Part shown: positions 27,357 through 40,969 of the stretch, piece after piece
Numbering within the stretch: the stretch's first letter is position 1
Layout: each line of letters opens with the position of its first letter
Origin: Octopus sinensis
Lineage: Eukaryota
Direction of reading: 5' to 3'
Assembly (NCBI RefSeq): GCF_006345805.1
Contig: NC_042999.1
Coordinates: forward strand, 23,870,001-23,934,000
Length of the DNA: 64,000 nucleotides
Translations under genes and position numbers: made by a program
The notes under the pieces: generated by a model
What the model was told of the DNA's origin: nothing
What the model saw: only the letters and a program-made list of their open reading frames with translations
The model's database searches: none

Positions 27357-27680
27357 ATTCCATGGAAGGCGAGGCTCACCAATGGAAAAGTTCTTAGGCA
27401 GATCAGGCCGAAAATGTCACTAGAAGCTAGGATCACCAAGCATAGATTGGCATATTTCGGTCATATTATGCGGAGAAAATCCCTGGAGAAGGACATCATG
27501 CTCGGAATGGTCAGTGGCAAGAGAGGAGGAGGCCGACCAAGAACCCGCTGGCTTAACACCCTCAAGAGTGATACCGGAATGGACATAGCAAATCTGAAAG
27601 AAGCGGCCCAGGATAGAACTGACTGGAGGACACTGATCTAACGAGTAACCGAGAATCGACTTCGACTGAGCGGATAGATG
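27357..27680 (+). mobile_element. 3' fragment of an RTE/BovB-like LINE
   Basis: RLAYFGHIMRRKSLEKDIMLG..SGKR..GRPRTRWL...AQDR..WR matches RTE C-termini. Confidence 0.8.
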
Positions 27681-29035
27681 ATGATGACCACGGCTCACCC
27701 TTAGTTACATAATCTCACTGCTGAAATCGAAAGTGAAACAACAGAAACTTCTAACAAAGTTCAGATACTCCCGCTACTAACATTGTTTGAAGCCCTATAT
27801 AAAAGCGATCTACAGCAAAATAGAGCGTGTCATCTCCACTTGTATATTTCTTGATTAACTAATTATTCGTTACTTAGATATTCGTTCATATATTTAAGCG
27901 ATGACATTAATATCTAGTTAAAAATTTCGTTTCATAACAACGTATTCTCTAGGTTAGATTTCAACGACTCTGGTACGGTAAATGACCGGTGGCTGGCTTC
28001 AGCGTATACTCGGCATATATACACACGCTCTCGCTCTCTCGCTCACACACACACACACACGCATCTATACATTAATGTATGACATAAGGGCTATGTCTCC
28101 TATAAGATGTCGAATGAACACTCAGCTCATTGTTCAGACAACGTCGATTTGATGGAGAGAATAATCTAATGTGCGGCACGAACCTTTGATCACTATAAGC
28201 CAATCCTTTGTGCAGGTCGTTCGGCAAAAGCTGAACGCTCCTACGTCGTCTTCGACGGGGGAGGCCATCATGCATGCATTTACATGTTTGTGTGTGCGCG
28301 TGTGCGGTGCGTAATTTGTGGTTGTGTGCGTAATTTGTGGTTGTGTGCGTATATGTTTGTATCTGTGTATGGCTGTGTTTGTTCCCACCAACTCCTTGTT
28401 TTAACCGGTGTTCGTTTTCTTAGCGGTTCGGCTAAAGTGTACTATAAAATAAGTACCAGGTTTAACCTCTTGTTTTATCGACCCCGAAAGAAAGGAAGGC
28501 ACATTCTACCTCAGGAGAATTTGAAACTAGAACGTAATGACGAATAAAATACTGCTCAGTATTTTGCCCGGCGGACTAATAATTTTTCTATCTCGGCCCT
28601 TAAAACTACTAAATATTAATTATTGGAACGCGGCGAGTTGGCAGAAACATTAGCACGCCGGGTATTTCGTCTGTCGTTACGTTCTGAGTTCAAATTCCGC
28701 CGAGGTCGACTTTGCCTTTCATCCTTTCGGGGTCGATTAAATAAGTACCAGTTACGCACTGGGGTCGATATAATCGACTTAATCAGTTTGTCTGTCCTTG
28801 TTTGTCCCCTCTATGTTTAGCCCCTTGTGGGTAGTAAAGAAATAGGTATTTCGTCTGCCGCTAGGTTCTGTGTTCAAATTCCGCCGAGATCGACTTTGCC
28901 TTTCATTCTTTCGGGGTCGATAAATTAAGTACCAGTTATGTACTGGGGTCGATCTAATCGACTGGGCCCCTCCCCCAGAACTTCGGGCCTTTTGCCTTGA
29001 GTAGAAAAAAAAATTAATTATTGGACACCACTTAC

Positions 29036-29334
29036 TCTTCGTTAGAATCGCCAGCGACCTGATAACTATTTGCAATTAAACTGTCTTTGTCTGTTAGAGA
29101 TGAAACGTCTCGTCCAGCCTTTGTACGTAAGTCATCTTGTTTTCCATTGCAGTCACCGCAGATACCAGTTAGTTTGTTAGCAAACGAGATTGGAAGGCTC
29201 ACAGTAACTCTCTGATTTCCATCATACTTCACTGTTAATCCCCATTCGGTCTTAACTGTTATCCAACCGACAGCATAATATGCTTCAAATTCCTCGAATT
29301 TCACGACAGGGAGAGTGTATTCTTCTTCATTAAC
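29036..29334 (-). CDS. VWD/PAN gene exon: VWD domain, C-terminal half (...GLTVKYDGNQRVTVSLP...LTGICGDCNGKQDDL...)
   Basis: GICGDCNG VWD signature; acceptor atatttcag|, donor |gtaag; 299 bp, phase 0 to 2. Confidence 0.92.
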
Positions 29335-29377
29335 CTGAAATATATAATGTTTATTGAGGGATACCTGATTTTCCAAT

Positions 29378-29410
<33 letters not shown>

Positions 29411-29412
29411 CA

Positions 29413-29464
<52 letters not shown>

Positions 29465-29999
29465 GCATATATAGTGAAATTATGCTGCGTAAAAAAGCCA
29501 ACAAGAAGAGTACTCCAGCTACTGAGAGTCCGTTATTAACGTATGCGTTACTAATAGTTTCGGGTACATGACAAATTTGTTTATTGGGCGCTGATTATTC
29601 TATGAAACCAAGAAATATAAATAGAAGACCATATTTGCTTTTGCATCGCCTCTTGCCCGGTCCTCTGATATATATCAGAGGACCTGGAGATATATATCTC
29701 GCTAGGTCCATTGATATATATATATATATATATATCTGCTTCGTGTAATTTCTGTCCCTCCTGGCTTCTTTACCGATGAGTGCGTAGCCTTTTGGAAGAT
29801 TGACTTGATTAAATTTAATTTAATTTAATCAGGCTGGATTGCCATTAAAAAACGCCGAAACAATGCATTGTCTAAAGATGAATAGGGTTAATGTTTTTTT
29901 TAATTTTCCTTAAATTTCGGAATTACTACTATTTGCGGTTGGAATCCTGGCTGCTCTTTCTAGTGGGTCGAATGGCCTATTGAAGCCGTTCCTCAATTG

Positions 30000-30105
<106 letters not shown>

Positions 30106-30514
30106 GTATCTATGTATATATATAAATTTATATCACTTTTTTAAAAACCGATCATATCAAGTGGCTAGCATGGGAATAAACACCTCATAGGTAATAATTA
30201 TTATTAAAATTATATTTAAGGGTATCTAAAAGATACTATCATGCTAGAAATAGCAGACAAAATTTGACCCTAAAACCACATCAAATATTCATAATACCAA
30301 AAATTATTGGATAACTCCAGATCCGGATTCCCGGCTTTGCACAAGAAATGCTTTGATTCATCCGTGGAATATACACAAGTTACTACATAACGACCAATCC
30401 ATTCAGTGCATTTTGGAGATCACCTTTGGAGGACCCACAGAACATCGTGTCATCTGCAAATAATCACCAACCGATCCAACACATGTTTAGATTTCCAAAT
30501 TCTGGTAGTAGTAA

Positions 30515-30571
<57 letters not shown>

Positions 30572-30954
30572 TAACAGCAGCAGCAATAGTAGTAGTAGTT
30601 GTGGTGGTTGTAGTAGCAGCAGCAGCAACGTGGAGGCGCAATGGCCCAGTGGTTAGGGCAGCGAACTCGTGATCGGAGTGTGTGTTTATATAGCAAAAAC
30701 ACCTAAAGCTCCACGAGGCTCCGGCAGGGGGTGGTGGTGACCCCTGTTGTACTCTTTCGCTCCAACTTTCTCTCACTCTTTCTTCCTGTTTCTTGTCCCC
30801 GATTTCCTACGCAGCCGCTGAGCGTGCATGCGCATTCATCCATCCGTCGATGCTCTCGGTGTCGGAGGTTGACCTGCTTTCTCTTCTGCGGGTCTTACGA
30901 ATAGCAAAGGACCACGCTTCGGACTTCTCCCACTGGGCGAAGACCGCTACGCTC

Positions 30955-31021
<67 letters not shown>

Positions 31022-31264
31022 GCAACAGCAGCAGCAGCATCAACAGCAAAAACAGCAGCAGTTGCTCTTATATAGATATCCGTTGGTAGAAAATCCATCA
31101 TCCTATATTATACATATATAAATAACGTGAATACGTAAACATTGAAATCAGCACTCTGTACCATATTAGAAAATCGAAGGCGTTTCTTTAGAGATGAAAC
31201 CGAAGAATTAGAAAAGAGGATACAAAATATCAATATGCATTTAGTTTTGACTCCTTCTATTCCT

Positions 31265-31335
<71 letters not shown>

Positions 31336-31894
31336 TAATAATAATAACAACAACAATAATAGTGCCCTGAAGCAGTACCAGACAGTGGCTCTCATGGCTT
31401 CTGATCTTAACTGATTGGAAGTGTCATCATGTCCATTGTTTTGTCTTTGTATAAAAGATGGGCTATAGCAAATATTCTGCTCAATAGCACAGATTTGCTT
31501 GTCAGTTGTTTGACCGTAACCAGTTGAGCATGTCTCTTAGTGGCTGACGATATGTGCATCTCTGATCACGTGCAGAAGTAGTGGGGGAGCATAGCCGTGT
31601 GCTGAAAGGAATTCTTAGAGGTTTGGATAATTCACCTTTGGAAACAGGGGTGTTTCGTTCAACATCCTTAAACAACCCTTATTCAGGGACCATTTGAGCA
31701 TGATGGGTTACTCGACCAGAAGAAAATTCTAACTGGGCCCCACATGCAAGGTCATGAGATCACCATGTCGTGCACATTTGGTTGTGATGCATGTGCCTAG
31801 TGTACAGACGGGTGGTCATGATGAGTATACTGGGCTTCGTATATTTTACCGCAGTGTCACTTTGATGGCATGCACTGCTCTCTCACTCAATAAC

Positions 31895-31985
<91 letters not shown>

Positions 31986-32450
31986 GTAATAATAATAATA
32001 ATAATGATAATAATAATAATCCAAGCATTCTCCAGAAAAATACTCTGTACAAAATCCAAAAATTATCATTGTAACGACTTGAGCTTATATCTTATTCCCT
32101 TGAAATCTCTGTGAGACTTGGTGTCAACTTGTATAAATACAAGAAAAATGCCAAACATATAATTAATAATATTAATAATAATAATAATGATAATGATAAT
32201 AATAATAAAACAATGCCGTGCAACTTAGGCAGAAGGCCAGCAATTTGGAGGAGAAGGATATTTGACACCATCGACTTATTTACTTGAGTAGTTTTTCATT
32301 TTGTCGATTCCGATGAAAATTAAAGTTGACTTCGCCAGGATATGAAATCAAAGCGTAGAGTCATAAAAAGGCCCGCAAGGAATTTTGTCATGTGCTCTAA
32401 CGTTTCTGCCCATTCACAGCTCTTAATAATAAATAATAATGGAATCTTAC

Positions 32451-32695
32451 CAAAATTCTGTTTAATGGTAACAAATTAATTGTGATCGAATTTATTTTGA
32501 TGTCTACTGCGCGTTTAGGGGTGTGGTATGGTTCCATAATACTTCGACGTTCGCTCTTCACATCAACAGAAAACACTGTGCTCCCTGATTGTCCAGATAC
32601 GATATTATACGTGCAGTCTCCCTTGAAACTTATCGCTTGTCCATCAAACGTTCGATAATAAAACTCTCCATAATTGTAGCAGGAACACTCTTTCT
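32451..32695 (-). CDS. VWD/PAN gene exon: VWD domain, N-terminal half (EKECSCYNYGEFYYRTFDGQAISFKGDCTYNIV...)
   Basis: TFDG..F.G.C.Y VWD signature; acceptor tttcttttcaag|, donor |gtaag; 245 bp, phase 1 to 0. Confidence 0.9.
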
Positions 32696-32871
32696 CTTGA
32701 AAAGAAAAACGGAAATATATGAAGCGGCAAAGATTTTCATGGTAGTATTTCTTAATTATGAGGTAATAATAAACCATTAAGTTATAACGTATGTTCTATT
32801 TTATGCACTCACACACACACACATACATACACACAAAAATACACATATATATATGAATATATATGTATATA

Positions 32872-33522
32872 CAAGGGGGTACCCAAAAGAAACTGGAATT
32901 AAGCAATATTATTTTATTCACTTAGTTTTACATGTTTACACTTTTATCGCCTTCAAAGGGTTCTCCTTTTGGAGCATCTGTCCAGGCGCGTTTTCCAGTG
33001 TTCGAAGCAGTGTTGGAACTCTTGAAAAGTGATGCTATAAGCGCCTCCGACCCTTTTTCTTCAACTCTCCCACATCTACAAATTCAGTAGCACCAGTGAT
33101 GACCTTCGAAAAAAGATCCGGATCAATTACCGACAGTTTTTTCCCGTTCACGACAGGTGTTCAATTGTGATTGCTTTTGATTTTCCGTGAGCAAGCGAGG
33201 CACATATTTTATTGCAACTCCTTTCATTGGCAATTCCTCGCTCAAAATTCGTTGGCAGGAGCTCTACGACACATCAGTCATATCAAGAAGTTCGTCATCT
33301 CAGTCAGTTCTCTCTCTTTCTCTCTTTTACTTGTTTCAGTCATTTGAATGCGGCCATGCTGGAGCACCGCCTTTAGTCGAGCAAATCGACCCCGGGACTT
33401 ATTCTTTGTAAGCCCAGTACTTATTCTATCGGTCTCTTTTGCCGAACCGCTAAGTGACGGCGACGTAAACACACCAGCATCGGATGTCAAGCAATGCTAG
33501 GGTGACAAACACAGACACACAA

Positions 33523-33567
<45 letters not shown>

Positions 33568-34165
33568 CATATATACGACGGGCTTCTTTCAGTTTCCGTC
33601 TACCAAATCCACTCACAAGGCTTTGGTCGACCCGAGGCTATAGCAGAAGACACTTGCCCGAGATACTACGCAGTGGGACTGAACCCGGAACCATGTGGTT
33701 GGTAAGCAAGCTACTTATCACACAGCCACTCCTGCGCCTATGCGTTCATGAATTTTAGATCTGTTCGGGAGCTCGACGTCCTCGCTGAACGAGGTTGGTT
33801 TTCAAGCAACATGTGACCATTTCTAAAACATGGAAACCTTTTTAGAAATGGTCGGAAATTTGTGTTTTTCCCATGGCAGCGGCCTTGTAAGATGTCTGAA
33901 GCATGGCAAATGCTTCGTCCGCCGTTTTCCCTATCAGAAAACAGAATTTCGCGGAAGCACGCTGTTCCTTCGTTTCAGCTGTCGCAAAACTCGAGGAGCC
34001 GGAGAGAGGTACTAAAAAACAAAGTCACACCACGTGGCGGTACGACTTCATTCGACGGACTAATGCCTGAGGGTTGCATAAAGTGATTTCTAGCGGCGAA
34101 GGCCAGATCTACCAATGGGTTTGTTCCACAGAGAATGTTTCCAGTTACTTTTGGCTTCCTCCTCA
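32872..34165 (-). mobile_element. Internally deleted mariner with a SINE inserted at about 33302-33740
   Basis: Degenerate TIRs (caagggggtacccaaaagaaactggaa / ttccagttacttttggcttcctcctca), TA flanks; N-terminal EQRASAKFCF.IGKT..EAFAML helix-turn-helix region. Confidence 0.7.
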
Positions 34166-34262
34166 TATATATATTGGCTAAACTGGCAAAATGACCATTC
34201 CGAAATATAACAATATATATATATATATATATATTATATATCATATATATTATATATATATA

Positions 34263-34657
34263 CTAGCAGTATCGCCCGGCGTTGCTCGGGTTTGTAAGGG
34301 AATAACTATATAAGCACTTTTAGAGATGTAAAGTATAATAGCCATCTCAATATGGCTAACCACAAAGGGGGGTGTTACTGTAGCTTTTTACGTTCTGAGG
34401 TTTAATAATTAATTTTTAGAGAGTTACTTCCCTTATATAATAGCAAAAAAAAATGCATTAAAAATGAGAAAAATTGATGGTAATTTTTTTTTTAAATCGT
34501 AGACTCATCGTAGACGCGCGCTAATACCCAGAAGGGCTCGATATGAATCACGACTATAAGATACCCGCTTTTGGTTACACTGCACCGCAAAATGTGGAAG
34601 TAGTTAGGAATCTAAATCGTAGGAGACAGACACACAACTTCACTTTTATATATAAAG

Positions 34658-34658
<1 letters not shown>
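34263..34658 (-). mobile_element. Non-autonomous Helitron-like element
   Basis: On minus strand: A|TC...CTAG|T termini with GC-rich subterminal hairpin CCCGAGCAACGCCGGG; no TSD. Confidence 0.7.
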
Positions 34659-34688
<30 letters not shown>

Positions 34689-34709
34689 ATATATATATAG
34701 ATATATATT

Positions 34710-34745
<36 letters not shown>

Positions 34746-35613
34746 AATATATATATAAAAGAATATAGTTAGTGGGTAGAGGGATTGAAGAATTAGGGAG
34801 GGACGAGAAAGAGAAGCAATGGCTCTGACGAAATTAGTATTAATGTCTTTTTGGGGTTGTTCAATTTACCTCAATTCATCAATAGACCAATTGAGTAAAC
34901 CTATCAGTAGTGTACATATAGTAACTAGTGGAAACAGCTGTATGGCAAATTTGCTCTAATAAAGGAATTATATGTATATTTTCCTTGTTTCTTATATATA
35001 CACAGATATGGCTGAAGTAAGCAGACACCTCGTAAAGCATCGTTTTATGCTTATTCTAACTTGTTTGGTTTTATTATTTTTTTTTATTAATTGACACTTT
35101 TTAAGTTTCAGTTTCGAAATGAGACTGTTTAATCGTGCTATGTACGAAAGGTTTAGAACTGTCTGAATTTCAAAGAGGCTCTATTGTGGGTCATTCTGAG
35201 GGAAGATATAACGTAAAATTGCAGCGAACCTTGGGTTCCCGCTTTCTACAGTTAACAGAGTGATTGTGCAATTCACCGGAGAGGGGAAGGAGTCCACATC
35301 ATCTCGCCTAGGTTAACTAGAGCCCTCTGACAGGACCTTTCTCTTTATTAATAAAAGTGTGGAGAATAATCCTCGTTGCAAGGCGTCTGAGATAGCTGAA
35401 CAAGTTGATGTCAGTCCCAGAACAGCCACCAGGACTGAACCCGGAACCGTGTAGTTGGTAAGCAAGGCTACTTACTACACAGCCACACCTGCGCCTTCGG
35501 CAGAATTTGAATGTAACGACATGCTAAACGCCGCTAAGCATATTGTTTAACGGTTTAACTATTGTACTGGGATAATAATGGATTAAATATAAGAAACGAT
35601 TACTGTAACTTAC

Positions 35614-35730
35614 CTTGAGCACAAAATCGGCCAAAATAATTCTCAGTACATTCACAAATGAAGGTGGAATCTTTGTTGATACATTCTCCTCCATTCTTGC
35701 ATGGATTTGTTTCATTGTTGCAGGGATCAA
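35614..35730 (-). CDS. VWD/PAN gene exon: EGF domain (VDPCNNETNPCKNGGECINKDSTFICECTENYFGRFCAQ)
   Basis: Hand-translated (the ORF track shows another frame). Six-Cys EGF with PCKNGGEC; acceptor attattcag|, donor |gtaag; 117 bp, phase 1 to 1. Confidence 0.92.
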
Positions 35731-36070
35731 CTGAATAATTAATAATTGGTAAAGAAAAGACAATTGTTAAAGTGTGTACTCCAGCATGACCGCAGCTTTA
35801 AATAATTTAAGAAAAAGATATATATGCATGCGCGCGCGCAGAAGTGTGTGTGTGTGAGCGAAATTCATATTATTCGTATATACATACCTACGTATAGTTT
35901 AATTATCTGACTAAAAAAATTCTGTTAGGAAATTCCTTACACGTCTAACATATAAATCTTGCACACTCATATTCATGTATGCATATAGATATACACATTT
36001 ATACACAGACACACACACACCCACCCACCCACACATATATATGGATAAAAAACAGATTGATTAAAATTCG

Positions 36071-36101
<31 letters not shown>

Positions 36102-36102
36102 G

Positions 36103-36170
<68 letters not shown>

Positions 36171-36690
36171 TTGCTTGTCGGTTGTTTGACCTTAACCAGT
36201 TGAGCATGTCCCTTAGTGGCTGACGATATGTGCATCTCTGACACGAGCAGAAGTAGTGGGGGAGCATCATAGCCATGTGTTGAGAGGGATTCTTGGGGTT
36301 TGAATAATTCACCTCTGGAAACATGGGTGGTTCTTTCAACATCCTTAAACAACCCTTATTCAGGGACCTTTTGAGCGGGATGGGTTACTCAACTGAAGAA
36401 AATTCTAACTGGGCCCCACCTGCAAGGTCATGTGCTGTTTATCTTGATGAGATCACCATGTCGCGCACATATGGTTGTGATGCATGTGCCTGGTGTACCC
36501 TTATCAGACGGGTAGTCATGATGGGTATATTGGGCTTCGTATATTTTACCCCAGTGTCACTTTGATGGCATGCACTGCTCTCTCACTCAATAATAATAAT
36601 AATAGTAATATTATTATTATTAGGAAGTATGGCTCCAAACGTACAGGGAAAAATTAGATTTAGTATTAAATCAAATTTCACTGTATAAAT

Positions 36691-36723
<33 letters not shown>

Positions 36724-37018
36724 CCGCGTGACCGACCAGGCTATCAGATGTTGCTACACATCGCTGGTCACAATGAGCTTCGCATTGTTTTAACCTTGAA
36801 ATGACGCGACCCCGCTGGCTAAGCGAGCAGGCCAACAGAAGAAAGAGTGAGAGAAAGTTGTGGCGAAAGAGTACAGCAGGGATCACCACCACCTCCTGCC
36901 GGATCCTCGTGGAGCTTTAGATGTTTTCTCTCAATAAACACTCACAATGGTCAGTCTGGGAAATCGAAGCCGCGATCCTACAACCGCGAGTCCGCCATTG
37001 CGTCTATATATATATATA

Positions 37019-37113
<95 letters not shown>

Positions 37114-37139
37114 TATATATATATAATATATATATATAT

Positions 37140-37620
37140 ACATACATAAATATATACATATATACATACATACATACATATATAATATATACATATATAT
37201 ATACATACGTACATACGTACATACATACATACATGCATACATACGTACATAATACATACATCCATACATAAATACACACATACATGCATGCATACATACA
37301 TACATGCATACATCCATGCATACATACATACATGCATGCATACATAGAAACATACATACATACATACATACATTCATACATACATGCATACATGCATACA
37401 TGCATACATACATGCATCCATACATGCATACATACATGCATACATACATACGGACGTCCATCCATCCATCCATCCATCCATCCATCCATACATACATACA
37501 TACATTCATACATACATGCATACATGCATACATGCATACATGCATACATGCATACATACATGCATCCATGCATACATACATGCATACATACATACGTACA
37601 TCCATCCATCCATCCATACA

Positions 37621-37650
<30 letters not shown>
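37140..37650. repeat. Compound (CATA)/(CATG)/(CATC) microsatellite forming the RTE 3' tail
   Basis: Seen directly; abuts the RTE stop codon. Confidence 0.85.
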
Positions 37651-37651
<1 letters not shown>

Positions 37652-39078
37652 CACCTTGACCATCCAGTCCGTCGGGCGTCCATTTGACACCTCTGGTCAC
37701 AGCACGCTGTCCACTCCTCTCTGGATCGCGCCTTTCTCATCCACGTGATCCCATTCGCTCTCCTGAAATCGTAACTCCACCGTCGTGGAGGCCTTCCGGG
37801 TGGTCGTTTCCGCTCGCCCGGGTACCACTCGACAACTGCGCGGGTCCACCGATTATCGGTGAGCCGGGTGACGTGTCCAGCCCATCTAAACTTGCTGCGT
37901 GTATATTCTGCTATGACATTCCTCACGCCGGACTTCTCTCTGATGACCTCGCTACTGATGTGCTCTCTCAACGAGATTCCAAGCATTGACCTTTCCATGG
38001 CTCTTTGAGCCGTTACCAGTCTCTGTTCTTCTCTCTTTGTTGTAGCCCATGTTTCACTACCATATAACATTGCAGGTAGAACTGTGCTGTTGATGAGGTT
38101 GGCACGGGTGGTCCTGTCCAACCTTCCCTTGAGCACATCCCTTACGCCATTAAACGCCTTCCATCCGGCCCTTACTCTCTGTGAGATCTCCTTTTCGATA
38201 TCTCGGCACATATTCACTTTCTGTCCCAGGTAGACATATTCCTTTACCTCCTCTATTTCATCACTGCCTATCACCATTCGACCTGTTGGTACGTTGTCTG
38301 ACCGCATGAACTTCGTTTTCATGCGGTTCGTCTTGAGACCTACTGCAGAGCTTTTGATGTCGAGCTCCGTCAGCATGGTCTGAAGCTGATCCGTGGTTTC
38401 AGCGATGATTACGATGTCATCAGCGAAACGGATGATGTCATTGATGTTGACACCGCCTTGCCAGTCGATTCCTCTGATGATCTGCTCGAGACATGCGGTG
38501 AAAAGATTTGGAGAGATCGTATCTCCTTGCTTCACTCCTTTCTCGACCGGCACTCGTATGGGTGATGACAGTAGAGCTATGTCGGTGGTGCATCCGGAAT
38601 TTGCCTCCATGAGCAGTTGCACATATTGCGCCTCGACTCCTTGCCTCTGCAGCGAGCTCAGCACTGCGTTGGTTTCGACGCTTTCGAAGGCCTTCTCATA
38701 GTCTACAAACGCAACGCAAAGAGGCAGCTTGTACTCATTCGCTCGCTCAAACAGTTGTGTTAGAGTAAAAATATGGTCGATCGTGATGTAGTTTTTCCGT
38801 AACCCGGCTTTTTCCCTCGGTTGCTGTTCGTCGAGATGACGTGATAACCTGTTCAGAATTGTCTTTGTGAACAGCCTGTACACGTGAGACAGCAGGCATA
38901 TAGGTCGGTAGTTCTTTAGATCTTCTCTATCGCCCTTCTTATATAGCAGGATGGTATTTGACACTTTCCACTGCGAGGGAATTCTTCCCTCATCTAGAGA
39001 GTGCGTGAATCGCTCAGCGAGGATTTTCCAGAGCTGCTCTCTGCCTGACTTTAGCACCTCCGATGTTATACCGTACGA
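37651..39078 (-). mobile_element. 5'-truncated RTE-clade LINE with an uninterrupted reverse transcriptase/C-terminal ORF (about 475 aa)
   Basis: Motifs KKGDREDLKNYRPICLLS, FVDYEKAF, GVKQGDTISP, RFADD, YVYLGQ, RWAGHV, GRPPRRW; no endonuclease domain (truncated); stop is followed directly by a (TATG/TGCA/TGGA)n tail. Confidence 0.93.
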
Positions 39079-39100
39079 CATACTACATAGATACATACAT

Positions 39101-39148
<48 letters not shown>

Positions 39149-39332
39149 ATATATATATACCCAAAATAAGAGAAATGTCTCCGAATTTCCTGTAATTATT
39201 AGGGAAAACCCTGTATCATCGTTAAAAAGACACTGCATATGATAAGACTTGTAAAAATATTAACATATGTGCCAGAACGAAATCAGTACATCATATTACA
39301 TGGGCAGTCATATTTATATATATATGTATATA

Positions 39333-39368
<36 letters not shown>

Positions 39369-39664
39369 CATATTATATATATATAATATATATATAGCTC
39401 TATATATATATATATCAATTCATGGCTGCTTGATGGGCTTTGATTTGGATTAACTGGACTTCAAGAACGCGATCACAAGACTCTATTAGTAGCCTGGTGC
39501 AGAAAGTTTAACAAGTATTTCGCCTGAACTATCAATCCCTTATTACTTCTCGTTGTTTTGATATCTATCTATCTATCTATCTATCTACTATCTATCTATC
39601 TATCTCTATCGATCTATCTATCTATTTATCTGTCTGTCTGTCTATCTATCTATTTATCTATCTC

Positions 39665-39711
<47 letters not shown>

Positions 39712-39797
39712 ATCTATCTATCTATCCATCCACTGTCTGTCTGTCTGTCGTCTGTCTGTCTGTCATTCTATCTATCTCGCTATCTGTATCTGTCGTC

Positions 39798-39881
<84 letters not shown>

Positions 39882-40246
39882 TCATACATGCTGAGACTAT
39901 CTTTAGGTTAATTAAAATACTATGTTTTACGAAATTGTATTTATGGATTTTGTAACAACTCCACTTTACAAAATCAATTCTGGATATTTGAGGCAAGCAC
40001 TGCAAATAAAAGACAAATATTAAGGTGATGTGTTCCCCTCGCCAAAGTAAGAAAATGTATAAAGAATACATAAATGATATTTTAAAAACATGTTTCTGTA
40101 TCATTTCTCACAGATCCGCATGATTCAGTTAAGCAGAGCTAACCTGAAGGTCACAATGCCCTGTAAAATTATAAATAAATATAAATTTAGAAAAGTATAT
40201 AGTTAAGGACTCGATGTTTTAAACAAAAGTCAACTGAAAAGCTTAC

Positions 40247-40810
40247 CAGAGCACGTTTTCTTTAAAATTTCGGCCTTTGCTTTGTTTAAGTCATAAAAGC
40301 TCTTAACCAACATCAAATTACTGGTATTTGTTTGGCCGATAATATTTTGCAACTGTTTTTCATCAGCATTTTCTCCAATTCCTACTATATAGATATTGAG
40401 GCCAGCTTCATTTAGAGTTTTAAACAACTTCTTTGTGTATGTTTCATAATTTAGTTTGCTTCCAACGAATAGAACAACAGAAGTATGACTTTTTAAGGGG
40501 TATCTGAAATTGAACCACGATCGGTACGAATTCATGAACCAGAGCGCCGCATGGAGTGAAGTGGAACTTTGGTTGTGGTACGGTAATAGCTTTGCAGTTT
40601 CCAGTACTTGTTCTGGATCATCTGAAGACTTTGAATGGATGTAAGTGTAACTGTTACCCCAAAACGTAAGAAATCTCAATCCTACCGAATACAAGCTCAA
40701 GGTGAAAAAGTCAAGAAAACTCGTTGCGAAACTTTTGATTTCCTCAAATTGCAATTTGCCAATAGCACTGGCTTCCATCAGAAATACTACATCAACTGGT
40801 TTGTCACACA
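40247..40810 (-). CDS. VWD/PAN gene exon: von Willebrand factor A (VWA) domain
   Basis: Inside ORF 40230..40919. Acceptor ttttcctacag|, donor |gtaag; 564 bp, phase 1 to 1. CDKPVDVVFLMEAS start, IYIVGIG and terminal C are typical of VWA. Confidence 0.9.
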
Positions 40811-40969
40811 CTGTAGGAAAATAAAGTAAAAACAAAAGAAGGGAATTAGTCGTAGAAAAGACGATTGAAATATTGATATTTATTATACGAATATATACAA
40901 GGAGTACGAATATATACAAGGTTATTTTGAAGTAGTAAACTTATAAATCATATATTACGGGGTTCTAAA

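Noticed and set aside
36921-37748. Long ORFs such as MYVCMYV..., IYIYIY..., HTHTHT..., NNNN, LLLL (here and throughout the ORF track)
   Set aside because: These are translations of (TA)n, (CA)n, (CATA)n, (AAT)n and (TATC)n microsatellites.
37684-38701. Plus-strand ORFs of about 100 aa within the RTE
   Set aside because: Antisense shadows of the GC-balanced RT coding frame.
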